Shown: positions 27,501-37,577, counted from the first letter of the stretch. The stretch: DNA of 58,532 nt from a virus (IMGVR_UViG_3300028920_000078:1-58532), one strand, 5' to 3'. Numbers and translations: made by a program. The notes: a model not told the origin generated them from the letters alone.

Positions 27501-29159
27501 ATGGAAATATGGATTGAAGGAAATAAGATTGGTATAAAATTTCAATATGACATTGAAACAATAAAGAAAATAAAATCAATACCTGGAAGAGAATGGAATC
27601 CGCTATATAAAAGATGGGAATTACCTAATACAGCTCAAACATTGGAAGAACTAAGACAACAAGGATTTGATATTTCTAATGTTGAAATACAAAAGGAAGA
27701 AGCTAACAAGAATATAAAGAAAGTATTTTCTGAAATGAAAGCGAAAATAAAAGAGACATATCCCTTCCTTTTTGATTTCCAAACAGAAGCGGTTGCTAAA
27801 GGATATTTGAATAATAGATTTCTAAACTTAGACTTAATGGGATTAGGAAAAACATTGGAAGGATTTGCTCCAATGGATAGATGGATGCAAAAAGGAAAGA
27901 TAGATAGGATAGTCATATTCTGTCCTGCTACAATTAAATGGCAGTGGAAAAGAAAAATATTGGAGTTCTTTAATCGAGTTTCTATTGTTATTGAAGGAAC
28001 TCCAGAGAAAAGAAAGAAGCTTTATGCTTCCAAGCCGAATATAATGATTCTAAATTATGAACTACTTCTTAAAGATTTTTTAGACATATTTGATTTATCG
28101 ACAAATCAGGGTATTATTTTAGACGAAATTACCTATGTGAAGAATCCAGATGCAAAAAGAACTTTTTATGTTAAGAATTTAAAACCAAAGTATATGTTTG
28201 GATTAACAGGAACATTGGTAGAGAATAAGCTAATTGACGCCTTTCATATAGGAAACTTAATTCATCCGGGTTGGATGACAAAATCAGAATTTTATAATTA
28301 TTGTATTTTTGAGGAGAAATTTGGATATTCAAGTCTGGCGGGATATAGAAATCTAGATATGTTTATGGAAAGACTCATGGAAATTTCTATAAGAAGAACG
28401 TGGGAAGATGTAGATATGGAAATGCCTAAGAAAATTGTTGAAGAAAGAAACATACCCATGTCTTCCTACCAAAAAAAGATAAGCCAGATTTTGATAGACA
28501 AGCTAGATGACGATTTGCATTCAGACGAGAAGGTTGGAGCTACATTAAAGAAGTTTGTGATATTGCCGATGCTAGAGGACAGCACGCAATTATTGAATAT
28601 GAGCTCCGCACCTACTTTAAGAAGTATGAACGAACTTAATGTATCACATCCTAAGATAGATGATTTAATGAATATTCTAGAAGAATCTTCAGACAAGAAA
28701 ATAATAATATTCACCAGGTTCGCTAGAATGGCACAAATTATTTTTGAAAAATTGAATGAAAAACACAAAACACTATTGATTACAGGAAGCACATCCAATA
28801 AACAAAGAGAAAATATTATACAAAAGTTTAGTGAAGGTGATGAAAGAATAATGGTATCCACAGATGCGATGTCACACGGAGTCGACTTTCCTTTTGTATC
28901 TCTATGTATTAACTATGATATTCCTTGGAAACCATCAACTTTATATCAGAGAATACATAGATGTTATAGGGCGAACAGTCAATATAATAGACTGCTAGTT
29001 ATAAACATGGTATCTGACGGGTTAGAAAGTTATATTTATGATGTAATGAATGCCAAGGATGCTCTATTCAAGAAAGTCACCAGTTTTGATGTAAATCGTC
29101 AATTATTATCATATATTCACAAATTCACTAGCCATAAGCTTTCAAACTTAAAACCATAA
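27501..29159 (+). CDS. SNF2-family helicase/annealing ATPase with HARP-like N-terminus
   Basis: IKSIPGREWNP..KRW; MGLGKT; ILDE; LTGT..EN; HPKI; IIIFT; NYDIPWKP...QR..R. Confidence 0.88.
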   Translation: MEIWIEGNKIGIKFQYDIETIKKIKSIPGREWNPLYKRWELPNTAQTLEELRQQGFDISNVEIQKEEANKNIKKVFSEMKAKIKETYPFLFDFQTEAVAKGYLNNRFLNLDLMGLGKTLEGFAPMDRWMQKGKIDRIVIFCPATIKWQWKRKILEFFNRVSIVIEGTPEKRKKLYASKPNIMILNYELLLKDFLDIFDLSTNQGIILDEITYVKNPDAKRTFYVKNLKPKYMFGLTGTLVENKLIDAFHIGNLIHPGWMTKSEFYNYCIFEEKFGYSSLAGYRNLDMFMERLMEISIRRTWEDVDMEMPKKIVEERNIPMSSYQKKISQILIDKLDDDLHSDEKVGATLKKFVILPMLEDSTQLLNMSSAPTLRSMNELNVSHPKIDDLMNILEESSDKKIIIFTRFARMAQIIFEKLNEKHKTLLITGSTSNKQRENIIQKFSEGDERIMVSTDAMSHGVDFPFVSLCINYDIPWKPSTLYQRIHRCYRANSQYNRLLVINMVSDGLESYIYDVMNAKDALFKKVTSFDVNRQLLSYIHKFTSHKLSNLKP

Positions 29160-29172
29160 GCTTTTTAAATAC
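29158..29172 (+). promoter_or_regulatory. BRE/TATA promoter of the replication operon
   Basis: AAGCTTTTTAAATAC about 29 nt before ATG 29193. Confidence 0.65.
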
Positions 29173-29192
29173 TGTAAATAAGTTATACATAG

Positions 29193-29618
29193 ATGGTTAT
29201 GTTGCTAGTATGTCTAAACCCAAAATGTGGATGGCGATGGGATTATAAAGGGCAGAAAAAAGTGGGTGAATATACTAGCTGTCCTGGATGTCATTCGTCG
29301 GTTAAAGTGACAGACAGATGGGAAAAATCAATTTCACAAATCGTATCAAAAGGAGGTACTAATATGCCAAAACCAAGATATACACAAATTCCAGACAATA
29401 AAGTTGTCGGCGATAAAACTGTAATAGATGATATTGCTGACATTCTAAATGAACATGGACGATTTTCAGTCGTCAGAGATTCTCTAGTAATTACAATAAT
29501 AGAGAATCCTGCATGGGAGAACAAGTCTATAAAGAAAGAATTCAGAGCTCCTTCCATGAAGGAAGTAACAAAACTAGAAACTAATGATAGAGGACAGATA
29601 AAGGTCCCTAAATCTTAA
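29193..29618 (+). CDS. Zn-ribbon protein with in-frame internal start at 29364
   Basis: C....CG..W.Y.G.......CP.C; internal AGGAGGT SD before MPKPRY. Confidence 0.55.
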   Translation: MVMLLVCLNPKCGWRWDYKGQKKVGEYTSCPGCHSSVKVTDRWEKSISQIVSKGGTNMPKPRYTQIPDNKVVGDKTVIDDIADILNEHGRFSVVRDSLVITIIENPAWENKSIKKEFRAPSMKEVTKLETNDRGQIKVPKS

Positions 29619-29636
29619 TTATGGAGGTAGATAATA

Positions 29637-30758
29637 GTGACAGGACTAATAGAACAAATTTCCAAAAAAATTGGAAAAAATGAAGAAGAAGTTAAGAAAG
29701 AACTAAATGAGATATATGCAGACTTGAAAGGTAAAGTATATCCTGACCAAAAAGAACTCAATGAAGACCAGAAAAAACAAATAAAAGTGATGTCTGTTGG
29801 TAGAATAAGGTCGCTTTATAGAAAGCAATTGGCATCAAATGCCCAGACTTTTGAAAATGTTATTTTCATAGGGGCAACAGAAGCAAGAGATATAATTGCA
29901 AAAAAGAGGGCAAAGGCAATAGAAGAATATAACAAAAATCCGGAAGAAGCAGTAAATGAAGAGATAGTGGCGAAAGAAGGAGATAAAATAATACCTCTTT
30001 ATTGGTCACCTCCGGAGGAAGCAGAGAAACTACCTAAATTTATGAAAGATAGATTAGGAAAGCCTTTACCAGAACAAAAGATTGAGAGATATGTCTCTGG
30101 TGTTATAGAGCAAAATGGAAAGTGGGTGGACCTTTTCTTCAAGGTCAGAGGAGATAATACACAAAAACCAATACCCAGATTTTCAGTAGTGAAAGTGAAT
30201 GGACTGAAAACAAATGCATCTACTGATACTCTAGTTAAGATAAACGATTCTGGAGAGCTAAACATAGAAGTACAGAAGAAGCTTTCAGAAAAGGAAGCAA
30301 TAGAACTATTGACAGTAGCATTGAAAAGTCACAACATTCAGCTAAATGAAATAGAGACATTCGTGAGCGAACATCAGGAATTCGAGAGATTTTCAATATC
30401 AAAGGTATTCGTATCTGAGATATTACCAGAAATTACCACATCAGCTGGAAAACCATTACAAATGATAACAGTAGAAGATGAGTCAATGGGATTTTTGGAT
30501 AATCAAGAAAATGCAGTGAAACCAATAACTTGTTTCGTGCCAATAAAAGAAAAGATAAACTTTCCGGAAGGAAGCATGATATATGTTATAGGACAACCAG
30601 GCGTATCAGAAAGAGGAAATACCATAAGTGTTATGGGATTTTATGTGCCTGAATACTGCAGAAATACAATACCAAAAAAGAAGGATATACAGAGCGAAGG
30701 AAAAGAAAGTATTCCTAAGCCCAAATCACAAGTTCCTGTACCTGAAGAGGATTGGTAG
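29637..30758 (+). CDS. Putative OB-fold ssDNA-binding (RPA-like) protein
   Basis: Position in replication module; ITVEDES...ITCF...IYVIG OB-like strands; acidic EEDW tail. Confidence 0.5.
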   Translation: MTGLIEQISKKIGKNEEEVKKELNEIYADLKGKVYPDQKELNEDQKKQIKVMSVGRIRSLYRKQLASNAQTFENVIFIGATEARDIIAKKRAKAIEEYNKNPEEAVNEEIVAKEGDKIIPLYWSPPEEAEKLPKFMKDRLGKPLPEQKIERYVSGVIEQNGKWVDLFFKVRGDNTQKPIPRFSVVKVNGLKTNASTDTLVKINDSGELNIEVQKKLSEKEAIELLTVALKSHNIQLNEIETFVSEHQEFERFSISKVFVSEILPEITTSAGKPLQMITVEDESMGFLDNQENAVKPITCFVPIKEKINFPEGSMIYVIGQPGVSERGNTISVMGFYVPEYCRNTIPKKKDIQSEGKESIPKPKSQVPVPEEDW

Positions 30759-30803
30759 GGGTAAATCCCCTTCCTTTATTATTATTTAAGTATGGAGGTT
30801 AAT

Positions 30804-31706
30804 ATGTCAGAAGAGATAAGTTTTGGATCAATTACAGAGGATACAAAGAAAAAGGTTGAAACAACAAAAGGACCAATACCGCAAGAACCTAAAAAGAATG
30901 ATGGTATAGCATTACTACCAACAAAACAAATAGAAAATATGATAAAGAATTCTATTGGTAATGTTGATAAAATAGAAAGGGGTCTTAATTGCGCTATTTT
31001 CGGAAAAGATGGAACAGGAAAAACAGGAATCTGTATAGATTATTTGGAAACACTTTCGAAGAAATCTTTAATAGTGGATCTTGATGGAAGTGCTAGAAAA
31101 CTAGTAATGGTATATCACAAGGAATCCTTCAATAGTGGTAAAATAATACCTCTAAATCCTATAGAAATGACAGAGAATGCAGAAACAGGAGATGTAGTTA
31201 TAGACTATGTGAAAACATTCCATAAAATAAAGGCTATGATTAAGTATGTAAGTGATAACAGAGAACAATTTTCTGCTATTGTATTAGACGGTATATCTGA
31301 CCTATTGAAGTATGCAGAAAATCAGATGAGATTGGAGAAAAACATTAATGCAGATGGCGGTGTAAATTATCAATATTGGAAAAACAGGAATCAGAGATTT
31401 GCAGAGGTATTAGAAGGAATGAGACACATTTCAGGTGTTGATAAGTTTTATATAGGACATGAAGACTTTATAATAGGAGAGGATTCTGCGTCCGTTAGAG
31501 TGAAAACAAATCAAATGATGCAACAAAGAATTTTGTGCAGGAGAAAAGAAACCAAGAAGACAGAAGGCGGAAACATAGTAGAATTTGTGGCTAAGATTGA
31601 CAAGAGCAAATATAATATATCTCTTGAAGGAAAAGAAATAGTATTCGGTTCCATAAAAGAAGGACAATATACCTGGGACACAAAAGAAATATTTAAAGAC
31701 CTTTAA
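30804..31706 (+). CDS. P-loop ATPase, Sak4/AAA_24-like recombination protein
   Basis: GKDGTGKT, IVDLDG, IVLDGIS, YIGHE. Confidence 0.7.
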   Translation: MSEEISFGSITEDTKKKVETTKGPIPQEPKKNDGIALLPTKQIENMIKNSIGNVDKIERGLNCAIFGKDGTGKTGICIDYLETLSKKSLIVDLDGSARKLVMVYHKESFNSGKIIPLNPIEMTENAETGDVVIDYVKTFHKIKAMIKYVSDNREQFSAIVLDGISDLLKYAENQMRLEKNINADGGVNYQYWKNRNQRFAEVLEGMRHISGVDKFYIGHEDFIIGEDSASVRVKTNQMMQQRILCRRKETKKTEGGNIVEFVAKIDKSKYNISLEGKEIVFGSIKEGQYTWDTKEIFKDL

Positions 31707-31788
31707 TGGAAAGTTCATAATATGGAGAGAATGAATCAGGCCGTGTGTCGTGTTTCCTCCACTCTCGATATCTGAACCCATAATAAGG
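31701..31788 (+). ncRNA. Intergenic hairpin RNA closed by a relaxed BHB motif (predicted excised 31712-31783)
   Basis: ATGG/CCAT helix, AAA and AA(T) bulges, GTTCA/TGAAC, ATAT/ATAT and GAGAG/CTCTC inner stems, CTTTA/TAAGG outer stem. Confidence 0.5.
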
Positions 31789-31796
31789 AGTATAAT

Positions 31797-32546
31797 ATGA
31801 AAGTAGATAAGAATTTGTTTTTACAATTCCTAAACAAACTATCAATAGATGGAAGAATAGAAAGTTGCGTATTGAATTTTAAAGAAGAAGGAATATTTGC
31901 CAGAACATCAGACAAGAATAAATATTTTTTCATGTCGTCGAATATAGATGCCAGCTTTATTGAAGAATATAAAGCAATAGGAGAAATAGGCATCAAGGAT
32001 ATAAAGAAACTATCTAGCATGGCGGCGGCATTCAAAGCATATTTCTATATGAATATAGATAAAAATATGATAACGCTGAGATCCATAGGTGGAAATAAGA
32101 AGATACAAACTACATTGGCAGACAAATCTTTTATTGGTATAACAGGAAAACCAAATATACCTTATGAAAATAGTTTATTTCACTTGAAAACAAATGAACT
32201 AAAAGAAATAAAAACGGATGCACAATCCATATTTGGAAAGTCAGATAAAGATTCATCAACAAAAAGTATTATTACCTTTTTGTGTGAAAAAGAAGGTGAA
32301 TTGTGCATAAATATAGATTCTGGAACAAATAAGATACAGAAAAGAATAGTCGTTAGTGAATTAAAGCATAAATTTAAGGTGAGTTTTGGAGATAGAATAT
32401 TTTCGAATATGGTAAATTGCCTTAGTGCGGAGAACGTATCTATAACAGCGCAAACAAACTTTCCTATGAAGATAGCAGAGAATGATAGAATAAAGTCAAT
32501 ATTTTATATAGCACCAAGAATAATGGAAGAAGGCGAAGAAGAATGA
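31797..32546 (+). CDS. pcn: DNA sliding clamp (PCNA-like)
   Basis: 249 aa; LNFKEEGI...D; C-terminal FPMKI...FYIAPR; adjacent to clamp loader. Confidence 0.75.
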   Translation: MKVDKNLFLQFLNKLSIDGRIESCVLNFKEEGIFARTSDKNKYFFMSSNIDASFIEEYKAIGEIGIKDIKKLSSMAAAFKAYFYMNIDKNMITLRSIGGNKKIQTTLADKSFIGITGKPNIPYENSLFHLKTNELKEIKTDAQSIFGKSDKDSSTKSIITFLCEKEGELCINIDSGTNKIQKRIVVSELKHKFKVSFGDRIFSNMVNCLSAENVSITAQTNFPMKIAENDRIKSIFYIAPRIMEEGEEE

Positions 32547-32755
32547 AGATAGAGGTAGAAATTCCGACAATAGAACAAGATATAGTAAATAGAACAGAGG
32601 TACTTTGTAATAAATGTGAAATTGACATGAAAGAATATGTGTCACAAGGAATAGATGAGACTATGTGGACAAAATATACTTGTCCAAAATGTGGAAATTC
32701 AATATCCATTAGAGATGAAGTGACAAGAACAATTCAAAGGGTGAAATCAGAATGA
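32543..32755 (+). CDS. Zn-ribbon protein
   Basis: CNKC...YTCPKCG. Confidence 0.6.
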   Translation: MKIEVEIPTIEQDIVNRTEVLCNKCEIDMKEYVSQGIDETMWTKYTCPKCGNSISIRDEVTRTIQRVKSE

Positions 32756-33696
32756 AGGATTTAGTTTGGACTGAAAAATACAGACCAAAAAATCTGGACG
32801 ACTATATATGTTCGGATTCTAGAAAGGAGAAGATAAGAAATCTCATAAAGAATCCGAAATCTATGCCTAGTTTTCTATTTTATAGCAAGTCTCCTGGTAC
32901 AGGCAAGACCTCTCTAGCTTATGTGATTAAGAAAGAGATAGGTTGTTCCAATTCTGATTTCTTGATACTAAATTCTTCTGACGAAAGAAAGATAGAGACA
33001 ATAAGAGGAACGGTAAAAGATTTCGCTATGACTTTAAGTACGAAAAAGGGAATACCTAGAATAGTATTATTAGATGAATTTGATGGGATGTTGTCCTCTT
33101 CTCAAGAAGCACTAAGATTTATAATGGAAAGATATTCTTCTAATTGTAAGTTCATATTTACCGCCAATGATATAACAAAGGTGATAGAACCCATAGTTAG
33201 TAGATGTACTCCTATAGAGATAAGAGAAACTCCAAAAGAGAAGATAAAAGAAAAGTTAAATCAAATAATGAATGAAGAAAATATAAATAAAATAGGAGAT
33301 ACGCCAAAAGCCATAACTAAACTGATTGATATTTATTATCCGGATATGAGGAGCATGATTAATAAGATACAAGAGTTGGCTCCAGATATAACTCCGGAAA
33401 AGATAAAAGCTCCACAAACCTTAGAGTTAGAAGTTTGGAAATTGCTAAAAGAGAGAGATCCATTCGAGGCTAGGAGATTCTTCCTGCAAAATGGAATGAA
33501 TGGTAGAGACCTGCTAAAATATTTATGGCAGAAAATGTTGAAAGATGATGAATTAAAACAATTTGATGGTTACAAGGATAGGCTAAAAGAGGTACTTTGG
33601 TATGCGGCTGAGATAGAGTATCGCATGAGAATTGGAGCTGATGAGGATATTCAGCTTCTTTCCTGGATGTTAAAATTCCTACATATTTGGAGGTAA
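32752..33696 (+). CDS. rfcS: Replication factor C / clamp loader ATPase subunit
   Basis: WTEKYRP, PGTGKT, LNSSDER, LDEFD, SRC, DMR. Confidence 0.92.
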   Translation: MKDLVWTEKYRPKNLDDYICSDSRKEKIRNLIKNPKSMPSFLFYSKSPGTGKTSLAYVIKKEIGCSNSDFLILNSSDERKIETIRGTVKDFAMTLSTKKGIPRIVLLDEFDGMLSSSQEALRFIMERYSSNCKFIFTANDITKVIEPIVSRCTPIEIRETPKEKIKEKLNQIMNEENINKIGDTPKAITKLIDIYYPDMRSMINKIQELAPDITPEKIKAPQTLELEVWKLLKERDPFEARRFFLQNGMNGRDLLKYLWQKMLKDDELKQFDGYKDRLKEVLWYAAEIEYRMRIGADEDIQLLSWMLKFLHIWR

Positions 33697-33702
33697 AATC
33701 TC

Positions 33703-33797
33703 TAAGATTCCAACCATACAGACTTCGTAACAAAAAAAGCTGTTAATATACCCTATTTGAGGGTTGATGTAACGAAGAATGTAAGGTTGGAATCTTA
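33703..33797 (+). other. Long intergenic stem-loop (possible ncRNA or regulatory element)
   Basis: 13-bp perfect TAAGATTCCAACC/GGTTGGAATCTTA, plus CTTCGT/ACGAAG and ACCCT/AGGGT. Confidence 0.6.
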
Positions 33798-33824
33798 CGG
33801 GTTAAAAAATAAAGGAGAAAAAAT

Positions 33825-34304
33825 ATGGCAAATCCATTCGAGGACATTAAGGTTTTATTTACAAAAAACGGAGAGCTGGACAAGACTACCCAGCCTTATA
33901 TTTTAAATCGCTTCTTGTCTTTCAATAAATCAACATTCGGAATATCTAATAAGTTGAATAAATATATATTCTGGATAGATAAAGAATTGTCCATTTCTAT
34001 AATGGATTGTTGCATACCTAAACAGAGGACACCCTTCTTCCAATATGTCAAAAAGCAGAAGAATTTAATAGACGAAGAATTTAATTTCATATTAACACCA
34101 ATGAAGAAATACTTCAATTGGACAGAGGAAGAATTTAAGGCTATGTATCCCTTATTGAAAGTGAAATTCAAAGATAAAGACTTTCTTTATAAGTGTATGT
34201 GTTTTGTAGGATGTGGACAACATCTTTTCAAAAAACAAGGATTTGAATTTAAAGAAAAAGAGGTGATAGAATGTCAGAAGAGTCTGAGCCGATGGGAAAA
34301 TTAG
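33825..34304 (+). CDS. Clamp loader small subunit (T4 gp62-like)
   Basis: PYILNRFLS...LNKY...F.QYVKK pattern; directly after rfcS. Confidence 0.6.
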   Translation: MANPFEDIKVLFTKNGELDKTTQPYILNRFLSFNKSTFGISNKLNKYIFWIDKELSISIMDCCIPKQRTPFFQYVKKQKNLIDEEFNFILTPMKKYFNWTEEEFKAMYPLLKVKFKDKDFLYKCMCFVGCGQHLFKKQGFEFKEKEVIECQKSLSRWEN

Positions 34305-34469
34305 ATAATAGAATAAGAATAAAGTCGGGAAGTATAGAAGTTGAAGTAGAAAGTAAAGAAAAGAATTTAATGCATTGTTTGGCCATAGCAGAAGGTCTTG
34401 TGTGTAGTTTTGTTGAAAAAGATGGACACATATATTATGAAAAAGGATTAGGATTTAAAGGTAAGTAAT

Positions 34470-34949
34470 ATGAATATAGGAAAAGATGAAATAATAGGAT
34501 TTGAATCTGCGCATTTTCTTACAGATTATAAAGGAAAGTGCAGAAAGCTTCATGGTCATAGTTACCATGGAAAGATTTCCATCACTGGAATAAAAATAAT
34601 AAATGGATTATTGGAAGGAATAGATTTTGGTGATATTAAAAATGTGGTACATAATACCTGCAAACATTTGGATCATAAGATATTAGTTCCAGATGAATCT
34701 ATTGATGTAAATATAGAAACAGATCCTACAGGATTCAAAGTAACATGGAGAGATTGTCATGGAAAAACAAGAAGTTGTGAAGGACCCGTAGGAGATTTCG
34801 CTTTTCTTCCTTTAAAATATACTACTGTTGAAAGTATAGCGAAATACCTTAAATCTGTACTAAAGAGAGAAATTGAATTCAAAATCAAGAGAAAAATAAA
34901 GGTAAAATTAAAACTTTATGAAACAAAGACAAGTTTTGTGGAGGTATAA
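34470..34949 (+). CDS. queD: 6-carboxytetrahydropterin synthase
   Basis: FESAH...C..LHGHSY, DFG, LDH, TVE, YET. Confidence 0.9.
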   Translation: MNIGKDEIIGFESAHFLTDYKGKCRKLHGHSYHGKISITGIKIINGLLEGIDFGDIKNVVHNTCKHLDHKILVPDESIDVNIETDPTGFKVTWRDCHGKTRSCEGPVGDFAFLPLKYTTVESIAKYLKSVLKREIEFKIKRKIKVKLKLYETKTSFVEV

Positions 34950-34950
34950 G

Positions 34951-35622
34951 ATGTTAGAAGTTAATGAGATATTTCAGACAATCCAGGGAGAAGGTCCCAA
35001 TATGGGTAAACCTGCTATATTTCTAAGATTAGCAGGATGCAATTTAAGGTGTGATTTTTGCGACACAAAATATTCCTGGAAACATGGAAAGAAAATGAAC
35101 AATGAGCAAATAATAGAACTATTTAAAAAGGTGTCTCCATGTAGATTATTGGTTGTAACAGGAGGCGAGCCAATGTTACAGCAAGGAAAGATGGGAGAAC
35201 AGCTTGTAGGATTTCTTCATGAAGTTAGAGAGAGAGAAGATTTGTGTATTGAAGATATAGAAGTAGAAACAAATGGAACATTGCTTCCAAATCAAGATAT
35301 GTATTGGAATACTGATAGTCTTGTAATTAGCCCAAAAATATTTACAGAAGATTCTGCAAAATTATTTGATAGAATATGGAATGAATGTCCTGATATAATT
35401 TCTGTAAAATTAGTTATAGGAACAAAGAAGGAATTTCAAGAACAAATTAATTGGATAGGAAAAATGGTAAAAGCACCAATAATATCACAAGATATATTTG
35501 TTATGCCGAAAGGAACAGATAATAGAACTTTGAAGAAAAAAGCAAAATGGATTATACCTATATGCATACAACAAGGATTTAGATTTAGTCCGAGATTGCA
35601 ATATTGGGTGGGAATAAAATGA
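34951..35622 (+). CDS. queE: 7-carboxy-7-deazaguanine synthase (radical SAM)
   Basis: EIF.TIQGEG, CNLRCDFCDT, TGGEP, ETNG, SPK, PRLQ. Confidence 0.93.
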   Translation: MLEVNEIFQTIQGEGPNMGKPAIFLRLAGCNLRCDFCDTKYSWKHGKKMNNEQIIELFKKVSPCRLLVVTGGEPMLQQGKMGEQLVGFLHEVREREDLCIEDIEVETNGTLLPNQDMYWNTDSLVISPKIFTEDSAKLFDRIWNECPDIISVKLVIGTKKEFQEQINWIGKMVKAPIISQDIFVMPKGTDNRTLKKKAKWIIPICIQQGFRFSPRLQYWVGIK

Positions 35623-36191
35623 AAGAACAAATAGAAAAATCGACATTAGATAGTTTAATAGCATTGGGAGAAAATCCCCAAAGAGATGGTCTTATAGAAA
35701 CACCTAAAAGAGTAGCTAGGGCATATGAGGAATGGTTTAGTGGATATAAAGTAAAGAATCCAGAAAAGATTCTAGAAAAGGAATTTAAGCTAGAATATGA
35801 CACTTCCGGAATGGTGACAATTGAAGGAATAGAATTTCATAGTTTTTGTGAACATCATATGGCGCCATTTTTTGGGCAGGTATATATTGGATATATTCCT
35901 AAAGGAAATGTTGTTAAAGGATTAAGTAAATTTGTCCGTCTTGTAGATGTATTTGCACGAAGACTACAGACACAGGAAAGAATGACAGAACAGATTGCAG
36001 ACACAATACAGAAAGCATTACAACCATTAGGAGTTATTGTGGTATGTAAAGCCAAACATCTATGTGTATGCAGTCGCGGAGCAAAGAAAAATATAAATAT
36101 GGGATATTCTGCACTTCGTGGAGTTTACCATAAAGAACAGGTGGCAAGAATGGAATTTTTTGAAACTTTAAAAGTAAAGGGGGCAGATTAA
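35619..36191 (+). CDS. folE: GTP cyclohydrolase I
   Basis: ETPKRV, SFCEHH, GLSK, RLQ.QE, H.C...RG. Confidence 0.93.
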   Translation: MKEQIEKSTLDSLIALGENPQRDGLIETPKRVARAYEEWFSGYKVKNPEKILEKEFKLEYDTSGMVTIEGIEFHSFCEHHMAPFFGQVYIGYIPKGNVVKGLSKFVRLVDVFARRLQTQERMTEQIADTIQKALQPLGVIVVCKAKHLCVCSRGAKKNINMGYSALRGVYHKEQVARMEFFETLKVKGAD

Positions 36192-36590
36192 ATGCATTCA
36201 TATATCATGACTAGAGGAATAAAGAGAGAAGTAGAAACTTTTATAGATGACCTACAAGCACAATGGACAAAATATAATATGCATGGTAAATCTCATATAC
36301 TGAAAGTAGGAGTAAGACCTATTCAATTATGGGAAATAGTTTATCCAGAACAATGTCAAGATGATGTAATGAAGATGCTAATGCCATATGGACATTACAA
36401 AACAGAGGCCATAGGTAAGGGGCTATATTTTGTTCTAATGCCCTTTATGAAAGCATTGGGTATAATGAAGAATAAAATAAAGTCTATTGGTAAATATCAT
36501 AACTATAAAGTATATCATCCATTCGTTGATGTTGTTGTGTTAGGACACAAGAAAGACAGGATTGATCCTGATGGTACAGAAAAAATTTAA
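36192..36590 (+). CDS. Conserved hypothetical protein in the queuosine-like cluster
   Basis: MH.Y..TRG...VRPIQLWEIV.P; coupled to folE. Confidence 0.6.
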   Translation: MHSYIMTRGIKREVETFIDDLQAQWTKYNMHGKSHILKVGVRPIQLWEIVYPEQCQDDVMKMLMPYGHYKTEAIGKGLYFVLMPFMKALGIMKNKIKSIGKYHNYKVYHPFVDVVVLGHKKDRIDPDGTEKI

Positions 36591-36936
36591 GACTCCAGAA
36601 TATGTATTTAAACAGATTTATTATAATGCAAAATGGAGAGATAAGGATAAAATACTGCCAGAATTAGTGAAAAGTATTCATATATTGAATAAAAATAAGT
36701 ACTCTTATTTAGAATTGGAGACAATTCAAATAATGAAAGAATTCAAAAGATGGCTCTCACAACTTTCATATAAAGACGAAATCAAAGATGATTTAATTCA
36801 TATATGGAGAGTTATGATAACATATTTGTCTTTTGGTTTGCATTTTAAAGGAGACGGATTTGATTCTATTCAAAAAAGATGGGGATGGAGCAAATGGAAG
36901 AAAGAAATAATAGAGACAAAAGTAAAGCGATTGTGA
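36562..36936 (+). CDS. Hypothetical protein
   Basis: Fills the gap between cluster genes on the same strand. Confidence 0.45.
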   Translation: MILMVQKKFKTPEYVFKQIYYNAKWRDKDKILPELVKSIHILNKNKYSYLELETIQIMKEFKRWLSQLSYKDEIKDDLIHIWRVMITYLSFGLHFKGDGFDSIQKRWGWSKWKKEIIETKVKRL

Positions 36937-37577
36937 TTTTGAGCGGAGGAATGGATAGTACCACACTTCTATACTATATGAATAGAAAATACGATGTTCA
37001 AGCAATAACATTTAATTATGGACAAAGACACAAGAAAGAAATAGAATGTGCTAGAAAGACTTGCGAAGTTTTGGGTGTTAAACACACAATAGTAGATATT
37101 TCTAAAATGGCAGGACAACTAATGAAAGGTTCGTCTTTAACAGATAATATAGACGTTCCAGAAGGTCATTATGAAGATGATACTATGAAACTTACTGTTG
37201 TACCAAATAGAAACTCTATAATGCTGAATTTAGCTATGGCCAAAGCAATTAGTGAACATATACAAATAGTGGCTTATGCCGCTCATAGTGGAGATCATGC
37301 TATTTATCCTGATTGCAGACCAGAGTTTATAGAAGCCATTAAAAACTTGGCGAAAGTTGTTGATTATGAATCAATTAAAATAATGGCTCCATTCAAGAAC
37401 TTTGATAAAGGGCAGATTGCAGTTCTTGGAGATAGTTTAGGTGTTGATTTTAGTTTGACATGGACCTGCTATAAAGGACAAGATAAACCATGTGGAAAAT
37501 GTGGTGCTTGTGTAGAAAGAGCAGAAGCATTTCAAACATATAAATTAAAAGACCCACTTTTAAATAAGGAGGAATAA
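36879..37577 (+). CDS. queC: 7-cyano-7-deazaguanine (preQ0) synthase
   Basis: SGGMDS, YGQRH..E, VPNRN, YPDCR, TWTCY, CGKCGAC. Confidence 0.95.
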   Translation: MGMEQMEERNNRDKSKAIVILSGGMDSTTLLYYMNRKYDVQAITFNYGQRHKKEIECARKTCEVLGVKHTIVDISKMAGQLMKGSSLTDNIDVPEGHYEDDTMKLTVVPNRNSIMLNLAMAKAISEHIQIVAYAAHSGDHAIYPDCRPEFIEAIKNLAKVVDYESIKIMAPFKNFDKGQIAVLGDSLGVDFSLTWTCYKGQDKPCGKCGACVERAEAFQTYKLKDPLLNKEE

